From a bacterium (GTDB lineage: Bacteria; 4484-113): a stretch of DNA of 64,000 nt. Of this stretch, positions 17,763 to 27,804 are shown piece after piece; position 1 is the stretch's first letter; each line of letters opens with the position of its first letter. The position numbers were made by a program, and so were the translations under genes. The notes under the pieces were generated by a model. The model was not told the origin of the DNA, did no database searches, and saw only the letters and a program-made list of their open reading frames with translations. The DNA is taken from positions 16,089-80,088 of the forward strand of contig JAGGTK010000099.1 in assembly GCA_021163765.1 (NCBI GenBank), read 5' to 3'.

Positions 17763-18933
17763 TCTCAGCTCTGTTATACTCCATCAGGAATGAATTAAGC
17801 GCTTCGCGGTCGCACATCGCCAGTTCGCAGGCTCTACTGAACGTAATAAGGTCCTTCTCTAAAGCCTCGATGACCAAGCGTAACATCCTCGGAGTTGACT
17901 CTATTTTAGTCGCCCACATGTGAACAACTTCTGAGAGCTGTTCCGGGATGTGCTGCGAGGCTCGCATCTCGAGCTGGCTGTCTTTAATTTGAGCATAGTG
18001 CTTCCAAGTGATGAATCCAAGATGGGCAAGCGTTTTCGCTGCAGCCTGAAAGCTCACTTGAAAGTGCTTCGCCAAGCGAGAGATGTCTTCTGACCGTATT
18101 GGCCCCTTCAGCTGAAACCGCCCCTCAGCAAACTCACGAATAGACGACTCCGGCATAAGGAACACTCCGGCGAAGTGGTTTGCGCGCAGCTCCTTGTTGT
18201 CGTCTATAGTCCTGCCCCGCCTCTTGTCCTCTCCGTAGCTCCGGGTTAAAACCGCGTATTTCGCAGTGTCGACCAGAACGTGGGCCAACTCGTGAGCCAG
18301 CGTGAACCTCTGTCTCTGTTCATGCTCGCGAGCTTCCACGATTATGAAAGGCCTTCCGTTGTAGCGCAGAGTTAGGCCTGATACTCCTTCAGGCAAGTCC
18401 CAGGTTGTCCAAACGATCCCGTTGTCCTCCAGTTTCTGCTCGAAATATTCGACAGGCCCATCCCTTGCCCCGAGGACGTTACGCGCCCAGCCAGCTAGTT
18501 CTATAGCCTGTTCTCGTGCCCTTTCAGAAGACCTGTTCTGCGGGTAGCGCTTATCCAGCGACGGAAGCTGACTGGTAGGCTTGCGTCCGAGAGTCTCCTC
18601 TATCTCGCTAATCCGTTTCATCTGGCGTTGCGCTCTACGTACGACCCGAACCAGCTCTTCGTTATTCGCATCGTCACCGCGCAGACAGGCACCCGCAGTG
18701 ACCTGCAACGGGTCTGGCTCAAGCCCGAACAGCTCTGCGAGCGTACACTCCATCTTTTCGCAAAGAGCTTGTATCTCCGAACCACGCAGTTCTCGCTTAC
18801 CGTTCTCCAGCTCAGAAATGGCACGAGGGCTACGCAGGCCGATGGCTAGCGCCAATGCCGTCTGGCTGAGATTGCGCGCTTTCCTTAGAGCCTGGATGGA
18901 CTCGCCTAGTTGACGGTAATTATACGACCTCAT
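17755..18933 (-). CDS. XRE-family HTH fused to ImmA/IrrE (COG2856) zinc metallopeptidase domain
   Basis: An N-terminal HTH (LRKARNLSQTALALAIGLRSPRAISELENG), then HEXXH (LAHELAHVLVD) and ANHFAGVFLMPE, typical of ImmA/IrrE. Confidence 0.78.
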   Translation of the reverse strand: MRSYNYRQLGESIQALRKARNLSQTALALAIGLRSPRAISELENGKRELRGSEIQALCEKMECTLAELFGLEPDPLQVTAGACLRGDDANNEELVRVVRRAQRQMKRISEIEETLGRKPTSQLPSLDKRYPQNRSSERAREQAIELAGWARNVLGARDGPVEYFEQKLEDNGIVWTTWDLPEGVSGLTLRYNGRPFIIVEAREHEQRQRFTLAHELAHVLVDTAKYAVLTRSYGEDKRRGRTIDDNKELRANHFAGVFLMPESSIREFAEGRFQLKGPIRSEDISRLAKHFQVSFQAAAKTLAHLGFITWKHYAQIKDSQLEMRASQHIPEQLSEVVHMWATKIESTPRMLRLVIEALEKDLITFSRACELAMCDREALNSFLMEYNRAENA

Positions 18934-18992
18934 ACAACGATATTATACCATAATTTTCCGAATATCGGAAATATATAGGAAAAGTATTTTCT

Positions 18993-19499
18993 CTACTCCA
19001 TGCGCAGCAATCCGCCAGCCCGGTAGATCTCCACCTGCACGGAGGAGATGGGGGGCTCGGCTTGAAGCACGGTATTCGTTCGTTCATTGGTAAGCGTGCC
19101 AGCTTCCATATCCAGCGCCAGCACGTCGCCAGGCTCAACCGCTCCGGCCAGATCGGGTATCTGTGCAGCCGGCATTGCCGCGTTTATGGCGTTTCGTAAG
19201 TAAATTGGCGCCACGGATATGGCGATAACGCCAACACAGCCCAGGGCTTTGAAGCAGTCCACCGCCTGCTGGCGGCTGCTCCCTGCCCCGAAGTTGCGGC
19301 CGGCCACCACCCATGAGCCGGGCTTAACGCGCGCGGCGAAATCCTCGTAGCCCTCCAGATTCCCCAACGCGTGCTGCGCCATTTCAGAAAGCTCCGTGAT
19401 ATGCAGCCAGCGATTGTGGAAAATCATATCCGTGTCGATGTTGTCCAGCAGCGCGCCGCTTGCGTCCACGAGCGGGAATGCGCTGCCCGTTATCCGCAT
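18993..19499 (-). CDS. second aconitase-family dehydratase small subunit (LeuD/HacB-like, divergent)
   Basis: Start set at the internal Met (MRITGSAFPL...), just after the large-subunit stop. NIDTDMIF...GRNFGAGSSRQQA...APIYLRNAIN. Confidence 0.75.
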   Translation of the reverse strand: MRITGSAFPLVDASGALLDNIDTDMIFHNRWLHITELSEMAQHALGNLEGYEDFAARVKPGSWVVAGRNFGAGSSRQQAVDCFKALGCVGVIAISVAPIYLRNAINAAMPAAQIPDLAGAVEPGDVLALDMEAGTLTNERTNTVLQAEPPISSVQVEIYRAGGLLRME

Positions 19500-19504
19500 C
19501 CGGC

Positions 19505-20764
19505 TCACCGCTTTGCCTCCGGGACAGTGATACGACCCGCACGAACGCTGGCAGCCACGGTCGCCGGGCTTGCGAGATAGGTCCGGCCAGCGCCCTGCTT
19601 GCCTCGGAAGTTGCGATTGGACGTGCTCACCTGCACCTCTCCTTCGCCGGTCATTCCAACCTGGCCCGCGGCGCAACCTCCGCATCCCTGGTTGTGAATC
19701 AGCGCCCCAGCCTGGAAGAAGCCTTCAATCAGCCCTTCTGACAGTATCTGGCCGTAGACCTCGCGGGTCGCGGGGACGAGTTTCAAAGTTACACCCGCAG
19801 CAACGCCGCCATCCTCAAGCTGGGCATAACCCTCGTTGAAGTCCTCAAAGCGCCCGTTGGTGCAAGAACCGATAAACCCCGTATCTATTCGCACGCCCTC
19901 CTCTGCCACAATACGCACCGGACGGACGCTGGCGGGAGAATAGGGCTCGGCTATCATCGGCTCGATCACGCCAAGGTCCAGCGTCACTTCGTCGACATAT
20001 TTCGCATCAGGATCCGCAGTTATGGTCTCGACGGGAGAGTTCGTACGTCCGCCGAGCCAATCCAGGACCGAGGCTCCAGGCGGGATGATGGCGATTACGG
20101 CACTCATCTCGGTCGCCATCGAAGCCAGAGTGATACGCCCCGGTAAGTCAAGCGTTTCTACTACGTCACCATAAAACTCGACCGCCCGACCCAAAAGGCC
20201 GCCGCTGCCAAAATGGTGAACGATAGCCAGAGTCAGGTCTTTCGCGGATGCGTTCGGCGCGAGTTTACCGCTGACATTTACCCGCACCGTCGCCGGGACT
20301 TCGAACCACACCTGCCCGGTGTGGAACGCATAGGCGACATCCACATCACCCATTCCCTGGCCGAGAGCGCCCACCGCGCCCAGTATGTTGTAGTGGCTGT
20401 CAGTGCCTATCGCGGTAATCCCTGGGATCGCAAGGCCCTGCTCGATGAGCAGGTGGCTGCCGATTCCCGCATCCACGTCGTGAACCGTGATGCCGCGCCG
20501 TCTTGCAAAGTCACGGCATATCTGCTGGTTAGTTGCATAGCCGGCCGTATTCGCGGGAGCGTTGCAGTCAAACGTGAACCTTATCCCGTCCGCGTTGAAT
20601 ACGGCTGCGTCAGCACCATAGGCTGCAAGGAAGTTCTTGACAACATTGGCGCCGCCAAAGTCGCGCGCCGTAACAACGTCCTGAGGAAGCCAGACGACGT
20701 CACCGGCGGCGGCTGGGCTGCCCAGTTTCGCAGATACCAGCTTCTCGATTATTGTCTGTCCCAC
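19505..20764 (-). CDS. second aconitase-family dehydratase large subunit (LeuC/HacA-like, divergent)
   Basis: 419 aa with a GTG start. GTDSHYNILGA, GSCTNGRFEDF, CGGCAAG and NRNFRGKQG. Confidence 0.8.
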   Translation of the reverse strand: MGQTIIEKLVSAKLGSPAAAGDVVWLPQDVVTARDFGGANVVKNFLAAYGADAAVFNADGIRFTFDCNAPANTAGYATNQQICRDFARRRGITVHDVDAGIGSHLLIEQGLAIPGITAIGTDSHYNILGAVGALGQGMGDVDVAYAFHTGQVWFEVPATVRVNVSGKLAPNASAKDLTLAIVHHFGSGGLLGRAVEFYGDVVETLDLPGRITLASMATEMSAVIAIIPPGASVLDWLGGRTNSPVETITADPDAKYVDEVTLDLGVIEPMIAEPYSPASVRPVRIVAEEGVRIDTGFIGSCTNGRFEDFNEGYAQLEDGGVAAGVTLKLVPATREVYGQILSEGLIEGFFQAGALIHNQGCGGCAAGQVGMTGEGEVQVSTSNRNFRGKQGAGRTYLASPATVAASVRAGRITVPEAKR

Positions 20765-20808
20765 GGGCTTAACGATTCTACCACCGGTCTGCTGTTATAA
20801 TCGCGAGC

Positions 20809-21654
20809 GTGAAGATTACACTGGCGCACAGTCCGGATGCTGACGACGCTTTCATGTTCTATGCATTGGCCAAAGGCCTTATTGACACGGGGCGTTACAG
20901 CTTTGAGCACACGCTTTCCGACATCCAAACGCTAAATAGCCACGCCACAAAAGGCGTATTCGACGTGACAGCATTGAGCGTTGCCGCATATCCCCGCGTG
21001 GCCGACAGGTACCAGATTCTTTCTTGCGGCGCAAGTATGGGCGACGGCTACGGCCCGGTTGTCGTCTCAAGGGCACCCCTGAGCCGCGATGAGCTGGCTA
21101 CGGCGACCATCGCCATTCCCGGATTGGAGACGAGCGCCTATCTTGCATTGCGCCTGTATCTCCATCCCGATGAACCTGCTGTACACGCGGTGAATTTTGA
21201 CGAGATCGGGGCGCGTGTTCTCGCAGTCGACTACGACGCTGGGCTCCTGATACATGAGGGGCAGTTAACTTATACCAATGAGGGACTGAACCTCGTGGCC
21301 GACCTGGGTGTCTGGTGGAAGGAGGAAACAGGCCTTCCGCTCCCGCTGGGGATTAACGCAATAAAGCGTGATATGCCGGAAGAGGCGAAAAATGACGTGG
21401 CCAGATTGCTAAAAGAGAGTATCGCCTATGCGCTTAACAACCAGCGCGACGCGATCAAATATGCTATGTCCTTCGCGCGAGATCTCCCAGAAGCCAACGC
21501 GCAAAAGTTCGTCAATATGTACGTGAATGACCTTACACTGAACCTGGGCGATACTGGTCTACAGGCCATTAAACTATTTCTTGGTGGCAGCGATGCTTGG
21601 ACACCTGCGAAAAGCAAGACCTTGGACATTCTCGTAGCTAATAACAACTGCTAG
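20809..21654 (+). CDS. MqnA/MqnD-family (futalosine-pathway menaquinone biosynthesis, periplasmic-binding-protein fold) protein
   Basis: 281 aa. The N-terminal ITLAHSPDADDAFMFYAL...DIQTLN pattern is what I remember for this family. Whether it is MqnA or MqnD cannot be decided here. Confidence 0.55.
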   Translation: MKITLAHSPDADDAFMFYALAKGLIDTGRYSFEHTLSDIQTLNSHATKGVFDVTALSVAAYPRVADRYQILSCGASMGDGYGPVVVSRAPLSRDELATATIAIPGLETSAYLALRLYLHPDEPAVHAVNFDEIGARVLAVDYDAGLLIHEGQLTYTNEGLNLVADLGVWWKEETGLPLPLGINAIKRDMPEEAKNDVARLLKESIAYALNNQRDAIKYAMSFARDLPEANAQKFVNMYVNDLTLNLGDTGLQAIKLFLGGSDAWTPAKSKTLDILVANNNC

Positions 21655-22131
21655 GTCTTCTTTGACTTTCAGATAAAACTTAGCATTTATAAATCCAGAA
21701 GTCGTAGTAGTAATGGTGTTGATACGGTGGACACGGGAGCCAGACACATGCGTGGACTCAGTTCTGGTGCTAATTCAGAAGAGATAGTGGGGGCTCACAA
21801 GTGTGGCATAACGTGGCGCGCTTTATAACCGGCCAGGATCTTGTAGCGCTTTTCGTTGGTGTTTGAGGAAACGAATTGGATTCGGTGGACGACTTGCAGA
21901 ATGTGCAAACGGGCTGACAGCAGCCTGTCCACCGGTTGTCAATATACTATAAACACGCAGCTGATCAGGCAGAGCAACGTGTTCGTAGTGGAATCCAAGA
22001 CGGAAAGAAATCGCCGGTGGCCTTGGGCTGACCTACGATGGCGGCACTCCGATGTAGGAGATGGACGCGTGCCGCCGACGCAAGCGCAGGTAAGGCTGAG
22101 TGAACAGATGTGCCTTCGCTTCCGTCCCGGT

Positions 22132-22161
22132 TTGCGTCCCGCAAGCTCAATTTGCTAGAAT
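22132..22161 (+). promoter_or_regulatory. candidate promoter of the NlpC/P60 gene
   Basis: TTGCGT (22132-22137), an 18-nt spacer, then TAGAAT (22156-22161), about 38 nt upstream of the ATG at 22199. Confidence 0.25.
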
Positions 22162-22198
22162 CAGAGCCGCCTTCCCGGGAGGAAGGCCATTTCGGGTT

Positions 22199-23662
22199 AT
22201 GCTCAAACGGCGAGTTACAGTAGTGGTGCTGGTCGGGATTGTCCTGGCGCTGGCGCTGGGCAACCCCCGGGCTGAAGCTGCCACGCCGTCTTACCTGGCC
22301 CAGCGGGGCGTAAGACCGGGACCCGCCGCTGCGACTTCCAGTATTTCAGTCAGCACACTACAGATAGATATCTCCCATGCTGTAGTGAAAACCCTGAACG
22401 GGCGCCAGTATCTCGCCCTGCCATTGGAGAATGAAAGCGGCTGGGTGCTCAGCAAACTTGGGCCGCCGGGCAGGAGTGGGAATGGCGTCTCCAGCCCCGC
22501 CATTGGCGCGGCTGATGAAGAGGAGGAGACGAATCAGCAAGACGTTTCGGATGCAGTCGAGCCCGAGAATAAGGAAAGCAGTAAGGAGACTGAGCAGTCC
22601 GTAATACCTGAGCTTGACCCGGAGCGTGCGACGGAATACCAGCCGGAATGCGCGCCCATCGCGCTGATATCGGCTGATGACGTGAATATCCGTGAGAAGC
22701 CAGACCTCAGGGCTACGGTCCTGGACATACTGCCCCGCAGGACCAAGGTCTATATCATTTCTGTCTCTGGCCCCTGGTATTACGTAAGCGTTCCCTATAA
22801 CAACCTCAAGGGTTTTGTTTTCGGCTCTTTTATATACCAGCTAAAGGAAGTCATGGTTACCGCTGACGACGTGAACCTGCGGGAGGAGCCTTCTGTTGAA
22901 TCTGAGGTCTTAGTGGTGTTGGGCAGGGATGAGCGCTTCGTTATGCTCGGTGAAACAAGGGATTTCTACCGCGTCATTTCGCCTACAAAGGGTTTTGAAG
23001 GCTGGGTGGCAAAGGAGTACTCCGAGCTTGCGGAGCCAAAGCTTCCCAGGTATAAGGTTGTTGGCAACGGCGTGAACTTCCGACACACGCCCAACGTTGA
23101 CGCGGAGATTATCGGCCAGCTTGATGCAGGAACTGAGGTAGAAGCCCTTGGGCGCGACGAGAAGTGGTCTCTGGTAGACCACGAAGGGCAGCGCGGGTGG
23201 ATCTACAGCGAGTATCTGGTCTCCGCTGAAAAGTTCGGCATGGCAGCAGGCCGTGATATCGGCAGGCGGCTGGCTGCGCGGGGACTCGACCTGCGTGGAG
23301 TGCGCTACCGCTGGGGAGGCAGCAGCCCTTCCGGATTTGATTGCAGCGGATTCGTCTACTTCCTGCTGCGCGAGCAGTTCGGGCTGAAGAACCTGCCGCG
23401 TCGCGCCAGCGAGCAGTATTACCAGATGGGGACGCCCGTAGACAAGGAAGACCTGGAAGTAGGCGACCTGATCTTCTTCACAACCTACAAGGCGGGGCCG
23501 AGTCACGTCGGCGTCTATATCGGCGACGGCAACTTCGTTCACGCATCAAGTGCCGGCGGGAAAGTGCGGGTTAACTCATTGTCGGAAGGATACTACAAGC
23601 GGCGTTTCATCGGTGCGCGCCGCATCACCGGAGAGGACCTGGAGAAATACGGCGGGAAGTAA
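22199..23662 (+). CDS. secreted SH3b-repeat / NlpC-P60 peptidoglycan endopeptidase
   Basis: Start set at the Met before the signal-like helix (MLKRRVTVVVLVGIVLALALG; GGAAGG Shine-Dalgarno). It has an acidic linker and three repeats of the SH3b type (DDVNIREKP.., DDVNLREEP.., NGVNFRHTP..). The C-terminal catalytic region reads RYRWGGSSPSGFDCSGFVYFLL...SHVGVYIGDGNFVHAS. Confidence 0.8.
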   Translation: MLKRRVTVVVLVGIVLALALGNPRAEAATPSYLAQRGVRPGPAAATSSISVSTLQIDISHAVVKTLNGRQYLALPLENESGWVLSKLGPPGRSGNGVSSPAIGAADEEEETNQQDVSDAVEPENKESSKETEQSVIPELDPERATEYQPECAPIALISADDVNIREKPDLRATVLDILPRRTKVYIISVSGPWYYVSVPYNNLKGFVFGSFIYQLKEVMVTADDVNLREEPSVESEVLVVLGRDERFVMLGETRDFYRVISPTKGFEGWVAKEYSELAEPKLPRYKVVGNGVNFRHTPNVDAEIIGQLDAGTEVEALGRDEKWSLVDHEGQRGWIYSEYLVSAEKFGMAAGRDIGRRLAARGLDLRGVRYRWGGSSPSGFDCSGFVYFLLREQFGLKNLPRRASEQYYQMGTPVDKEDLEVGDLIFFTTYKAGPSHVGVYIGDGNFVHASSAGGKVRVNSLSEGYYKRRFIGARRITGEDLEKYGGK

Positions 23663-23750
23663 TGGCAGGGGCTAGCTGGAACGCTTACATACTAACGCTC
23701 TAAACTCACAGGTTGGTTCCTGCCGCAAGATAGCTCCGCTCACGTGCGGA

Positions 23751-24008
23751 CTAGAGGCCCTTTAGCCGCGCCCGAAGTTTCTGTTCGGCTCCCGCTTCTT
23801 CGAGCCGCGTGATCGTGGCAAGGTTGATGTTGGCGCGGTCACCGCGGAAAGCGCCCCCTGCACGTTCAGCGCCCGAGGCGGGTTCAACGACGATAAAGTC
23901 GTCGTACGCCTCTGTGATGAGCACGCTGTTGTAGTGGATGCCGGAGTTGCCCGTGATGTTGAGCACAGTTCCGTCGTCTCGATATTTGTCCACCAGCCTC
24001 ATAGCCAA
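23751..24008 (-). CDS. small hypothetical protein
   Basis: 85 aa with an AGGAGG Shine-Dalgarno upstream of the ATG. No family recognised. Confidence 0.4.
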   Translation of the reverse strand: MAMRLVDKYRDDGTVLNITGNSGIHYNSVLITEAYDDFIVVEPASGAERAGGAFRGDRANINLATITRLEEAGAEQKLRARLKGL

Positions 24009-24084
24009 GGGTGCCTCCTGAGCGGAATCGCTATGATATGATTATACTTGAAGATAGTGTGTCCGCGAAGGACCGGGGGGAATA

Positions 24085-24861
24085 ATGCCCAAGCTCTGGC
24101 TTGCAGCAAACTGGAAAATGAACAAGACGGTCAGTGAAGGCCAGGCGTTTGTCGGCCGACTCGTGGAACAGATCCCGGGCCTCATCAAGCCGGGGGCGGG
24201 AGAGGTTCAGGTGCTGATATTCCCTGGCCTTGTCAGCCTGCAATCGGTTGCCACAGCGGCGCGCGATACGACGATACGCGTCGGCGCTCAGGACTGCTAC
24301 TTTGAAGCACACGGGGCGTTCACCGGCGAAGTCAGCCTGCCCCAGATTAAGGATGCAGGCGGCAGTGCGGTAATCGTTGGGCATTCGGAGCGGCGGCATG
24401 TTATTGGGGAGGATAACCGGCTTGTTGCGGCCAAGCTCCGGGCGACGATAAACGCGGGCGTTCTTGCGGTCCTCTGCGTAGGGGAACTGGCTGAGGAACG
24501 TGACGCAGGTGGTGCATTCCGTGTTGTTGATGAACAGCTTGAAACCGCGCTGGCAGGCCTGGCCGGCGTCACGGAACGCACGCTGGCGGTTGCCTATGAG
24601 CCGGTATGGGCGATTGGTTCAGGCCGGAGTGCAACCGTCCCCGATGTTGAGGAGATGGCGATATTCATCAGGGAGCGGCTCGTGGAGCATATCGGCGAGG
24701 AACGGGGGAAAGATGTCGCAATTATGTATGGAGGCTCGGTAAAGCCGGGGAACCTCTCTGGATATATGAGCATCCGCGATATAACCGGCGCACTTGTTGG
24801 CGGCGCCAGCCTGGACGCAGACAGTTTTGCAGCGCTTTACCGCGAGATGGAGGGGCAGTAA
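24085..24861 (+). CDS. tpiA: triose-phosphate isomerase
   Basis: AANWKMNKT, VGHSERR and AYEPVWAIGSG are canonical TIM motifs. Confidence 0.9.
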   Translation: MPKLWLAANWKMNKTVSEGQAFVGRLVEQIPGLIKPGAGEVQVLIFPGLVSLQSVATAARDTTIRVGAQDCYFEAHGAFTGEVSLPQIKDAGGSAVIVGHSERRHVIGEDNRLVAAKLRATINAGVLAVLCVGELAEERDAGGAFRVVDEQLETALAGLAGVTERTLAVAYEPVWAIGSGRSATVPDVEEMAIFIRERLVEHIGEERGKDVAIMYGGSVKPGNLSGYMSIRDITGALVGGASLDADSFAALYREMEGQ

Positions 24862-24868
24862 GGCAACG

Positions 24869-25891
24869 ATGAGGACGCTTTTTGCCATCGTACTTATTCT
24901 GTTCGCGCTCACGGGTAGTGCCTGGGCCTGGGACGAGGGGTTCTACGACTTCCAGCACATCACGGCCGACGGGCTTGGGAGTGCTATGACCCTGAGCACG
25001 CTGCCGGAAAGCCCATCAGCTTTCCTTTACAATCCGGCGGCAATGTCTGGCAGCATGTTGCCGCGCATCTCGCATAACCATTCGGCGCGGCATTTCCCTG
25101 CGGCGGACGTAAGGCTGGAGATGGACCAGCTGGACAACGACTATGAGTCGGCGGTTTTTCCATTGGCGATTGGTTCGGTTGGCTGGGGATTCACGCTGGT
25201 TGATGAGCACGGCTATGACTATACAAACCACCCGAAAGGGGAGTTCCCGTATCCTCGTGAGCGCGTGAAGGGGGATGAAAGGTGCCTGGCTTATTCGCTC
25301 GGCTCCTACCCGCTCAGCGTGGGCACATCACTGCGGGAATTCCGGCGCGAGCACTATCCGGAGAGAAGGCCGGCATTCTCCATACCGGCAAGGCCAGCAC
25401 CGCAGTTTGCGGATTCGCTGGTCAACGGAGAGGATTACAGCGTCGGGGTTCTTGCAGGGCTTCCGTGGATACGCTACGCCCTGGTACGGCGGCAACTCGA
25501 TGCGCGAAAACTGCAATTGCCGGTCGGCACACAGCTCGTCTCAAGGCAGAAGGAGAGACGGCAGGGGTGGAGGTTCAACCCGGTGGCGTGGGTCAGCATT
25601 TCGGGGGAACAGGCGAAACTTGCGAAGTGGTCGTTTGCCGCGGAGGGCGCTCGTGCCGAGCCTGAAATCGAAGTCTCGCGCGGGCGCTCAATAACTGTGC
25701 GCCCGCTGGCGTTTCTCGAAGTGAGCTTCGGGGATGTTGACGGCGAGCGCGCATGGGGGTGCAAGCTGGTGCTGCCGGCCCTGACGGGGAAGTACGCTGA
25801 GATCAAGGGATTTCTCGGCAAGATCGTGGGTGGCACGGAACGTTTCTTCTCCGACTTGCACTATTACGGTTTCGATATCACCCTATGGTAA
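24869..25891 (+). CDS. secreted protein, possible outer-membrane beta-barrel
   Basis: Start at the Met before the signal peptide (MRTLFAIVLILFALTGSAWA). The C-terminus ..YYGFDITLW ends in an aromatic residue, as in OMP sorting signals. No family recognised. Confidence 0.45.
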   Translation: MRTLFAIVLILFALTGSAWAWDEGFYDFQHITADGLGSAMTLSTLPESPSAFLYNPAAMSGSMLPRISHNHSARHFPAADVRLEMDQLDNDYESAVFPLAIGSVGWGFTLVDEHGYDYTNHPKGEFPYPRERVKGDERCLAYSLGSYPLSVGTSLREFRREHYPERRPAFSIPARPAPQFADSLVNGEDYSVGVLAGLPWIRYALVRRQLDARKLQLPVGTQLVSRQKERRQGWRFNPVAWVSISGEQAKLAKWSFAAEGARAEPEIEVSRGRSITVRPLAFLEVSFGDVDGERAWGCKLVLPALTGKYAEIKGFLGKIVGGTERFFSDLHYYGFDITLW

Positions 25892-26737
<846 letters not shown>

Positions 26738-26781
26738 ACGCTTTGTTGAAACGGCGCAAATAACGCGTAACGGTTTTATGA

Positions 26782-26824
26782 TTGACAAAGACGATACGAA
26801 GATATAATATTTGACGTGTATAAT
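26782..26824 (+). promoter_or_regulatory. AT-rich promoter-like region upstream of the small XRE gene
   Basis: TTGACA (26782-26787) and TATAAT (26803-26808) with a short 15-nt spacer. A second TTGACG (26811-26816) is followed by TGTATAAT (26817-26824). Confidence 0.3.
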
Positions 26825-26842
26825 TTACAACACGTTATTAAT

Positions 26843-27052
26843 ATGAGGAGTCATTTGGCAGAAAGAAGGCGCATGGCTGGGGGGATGACCCAGCAGGACC
26901 TGGCGGGCTTGGCCGGGGTGTCGCGGCAGACCATTGTCGCTGTGGAACGGGGTCGTTATAACCCATCGGTCAAGCTGGCTTTGAAATTGGCACGGGCATT
27001 GCTTGTCCGGGTGGAGGATATATTCGAACTGACGGAGGAGGACGATGGATAG
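26843..27052 (+). CDS. small XRE-family HTH transcriptional regulator
   Basis: MTQQDLAGLAGVSRQTIVAVERGRYNPSVKLALKLARAL is a classic HTH_3. The start may be 26816, 26843 or 26873. Confidence 0.75.
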   Translation: MRSHLAERRRMAGGMTQQDLAGLAGVSRQTIVAVERGRYNPSVKLALKLARALLVRVEDIFELTEEDDG

Positions 27053-27797
27053 TGTGAAAGAAACGTGGAAGGAACAGGCGATGGGGCGGCTGCGCAGGAT
27101 GACGGCCTTTCACTGGACAATGGCGGGTATTTGCCTGGTTGCAGTGATTCTGGGCCTGGCGCTGCATCCTGCGTACCTGTTGCTGCTCGTGTTGCCGGCT
27201 TTTCTAGGGCCGCTCGTTCGGGAGATTGGGTTCGTAAAAGACCAGGATGAGCGTGTCCGCTTTATCTCGTATCGCAGCAGTCACATAGCTTTTTATCTCA
27301 CCCTGGCTGTGATAGCAGCGATATTCATCGCGCGGACCATCACCGCTGGCAGGTCAATCGAGCCCGAGTGGTTCATAATATTAATTACCCCGGTCGCTTA
27401 TAAGTTCTTTGCAGCCCTCGGGCTGACCTACGACACAAGGACGCTAGCCCTGGCAATTGGATATGTTGTAGGCGGCATCCTGGCAATCTACACGGCTTTC
27501 AGTGGCTATTTCTTCACCCCGCAAATATACATCCCGTTGCTGATTATACTTGTGACTGTTGTCGCTCACTGGCTGCCCAAACTAAGTGGTGGCCTCCTGT
27601 TGCTTCTTGGCGCGGGTTACCTCGTTATGATTACGAAGAACTGGGATCCCGATAACCCGCTGGGTTTAATACTCAGCGCTCTGCTGCTTGGGGTGCCGGT
27701 GCTGCTGGCGGGCCTTCTATTGCTCTTCCATCAGCGGATGGCCGGGGTAGCGTCCGAGGATTTTATCGAAGAGATTCCCGGCGAGACTGAGCATTAG
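27045..27797 (+). CDS. polytopic membrane protein coupled to the XRE regulator
   Basis: 250 aa with at least 5 hydrophobic helices. Overlaps the XRE gene by 8 nt. Confidence 0.55.
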   Translation: MDSVKETWKEQAMGRLRRMTAFHWTMAGICLVAVILGLALHPAYLLLLVLPAFLGPLVREIGFVKDQDERVRFISYRSSHIAFYLTLAVIAAIFIARTITAGRSIEPEWFIILITPVAYKFFAALGLTYDTRTLALAIGYVVGGILAIYTAFSGYFFTPQIYIPLLIILVTVVAHWLPKLSGGLLLLLGAGYLVMITKNWDPDNPLGLILSALLLGVPVLLAGLLLLFHQRMAGVASEDFIEEIPGETEH

Positions 27798-27804
27798 GAC
27801 GCGC

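Noticed and set aside
21960-22110. A possible c-di-AMP (ydaO-type) riboswitch in front of the NlpC/P60 gene.
   Set aside because: The genomic context fits. But I found only short, scattered resemblances to the remembered consensus (no clear ACGGGG..GAAUC pair, and no ..CAGCUAACCUCGUAAGCG tail). I report it only as an unexplained spacer that needs a covariance-model scan.
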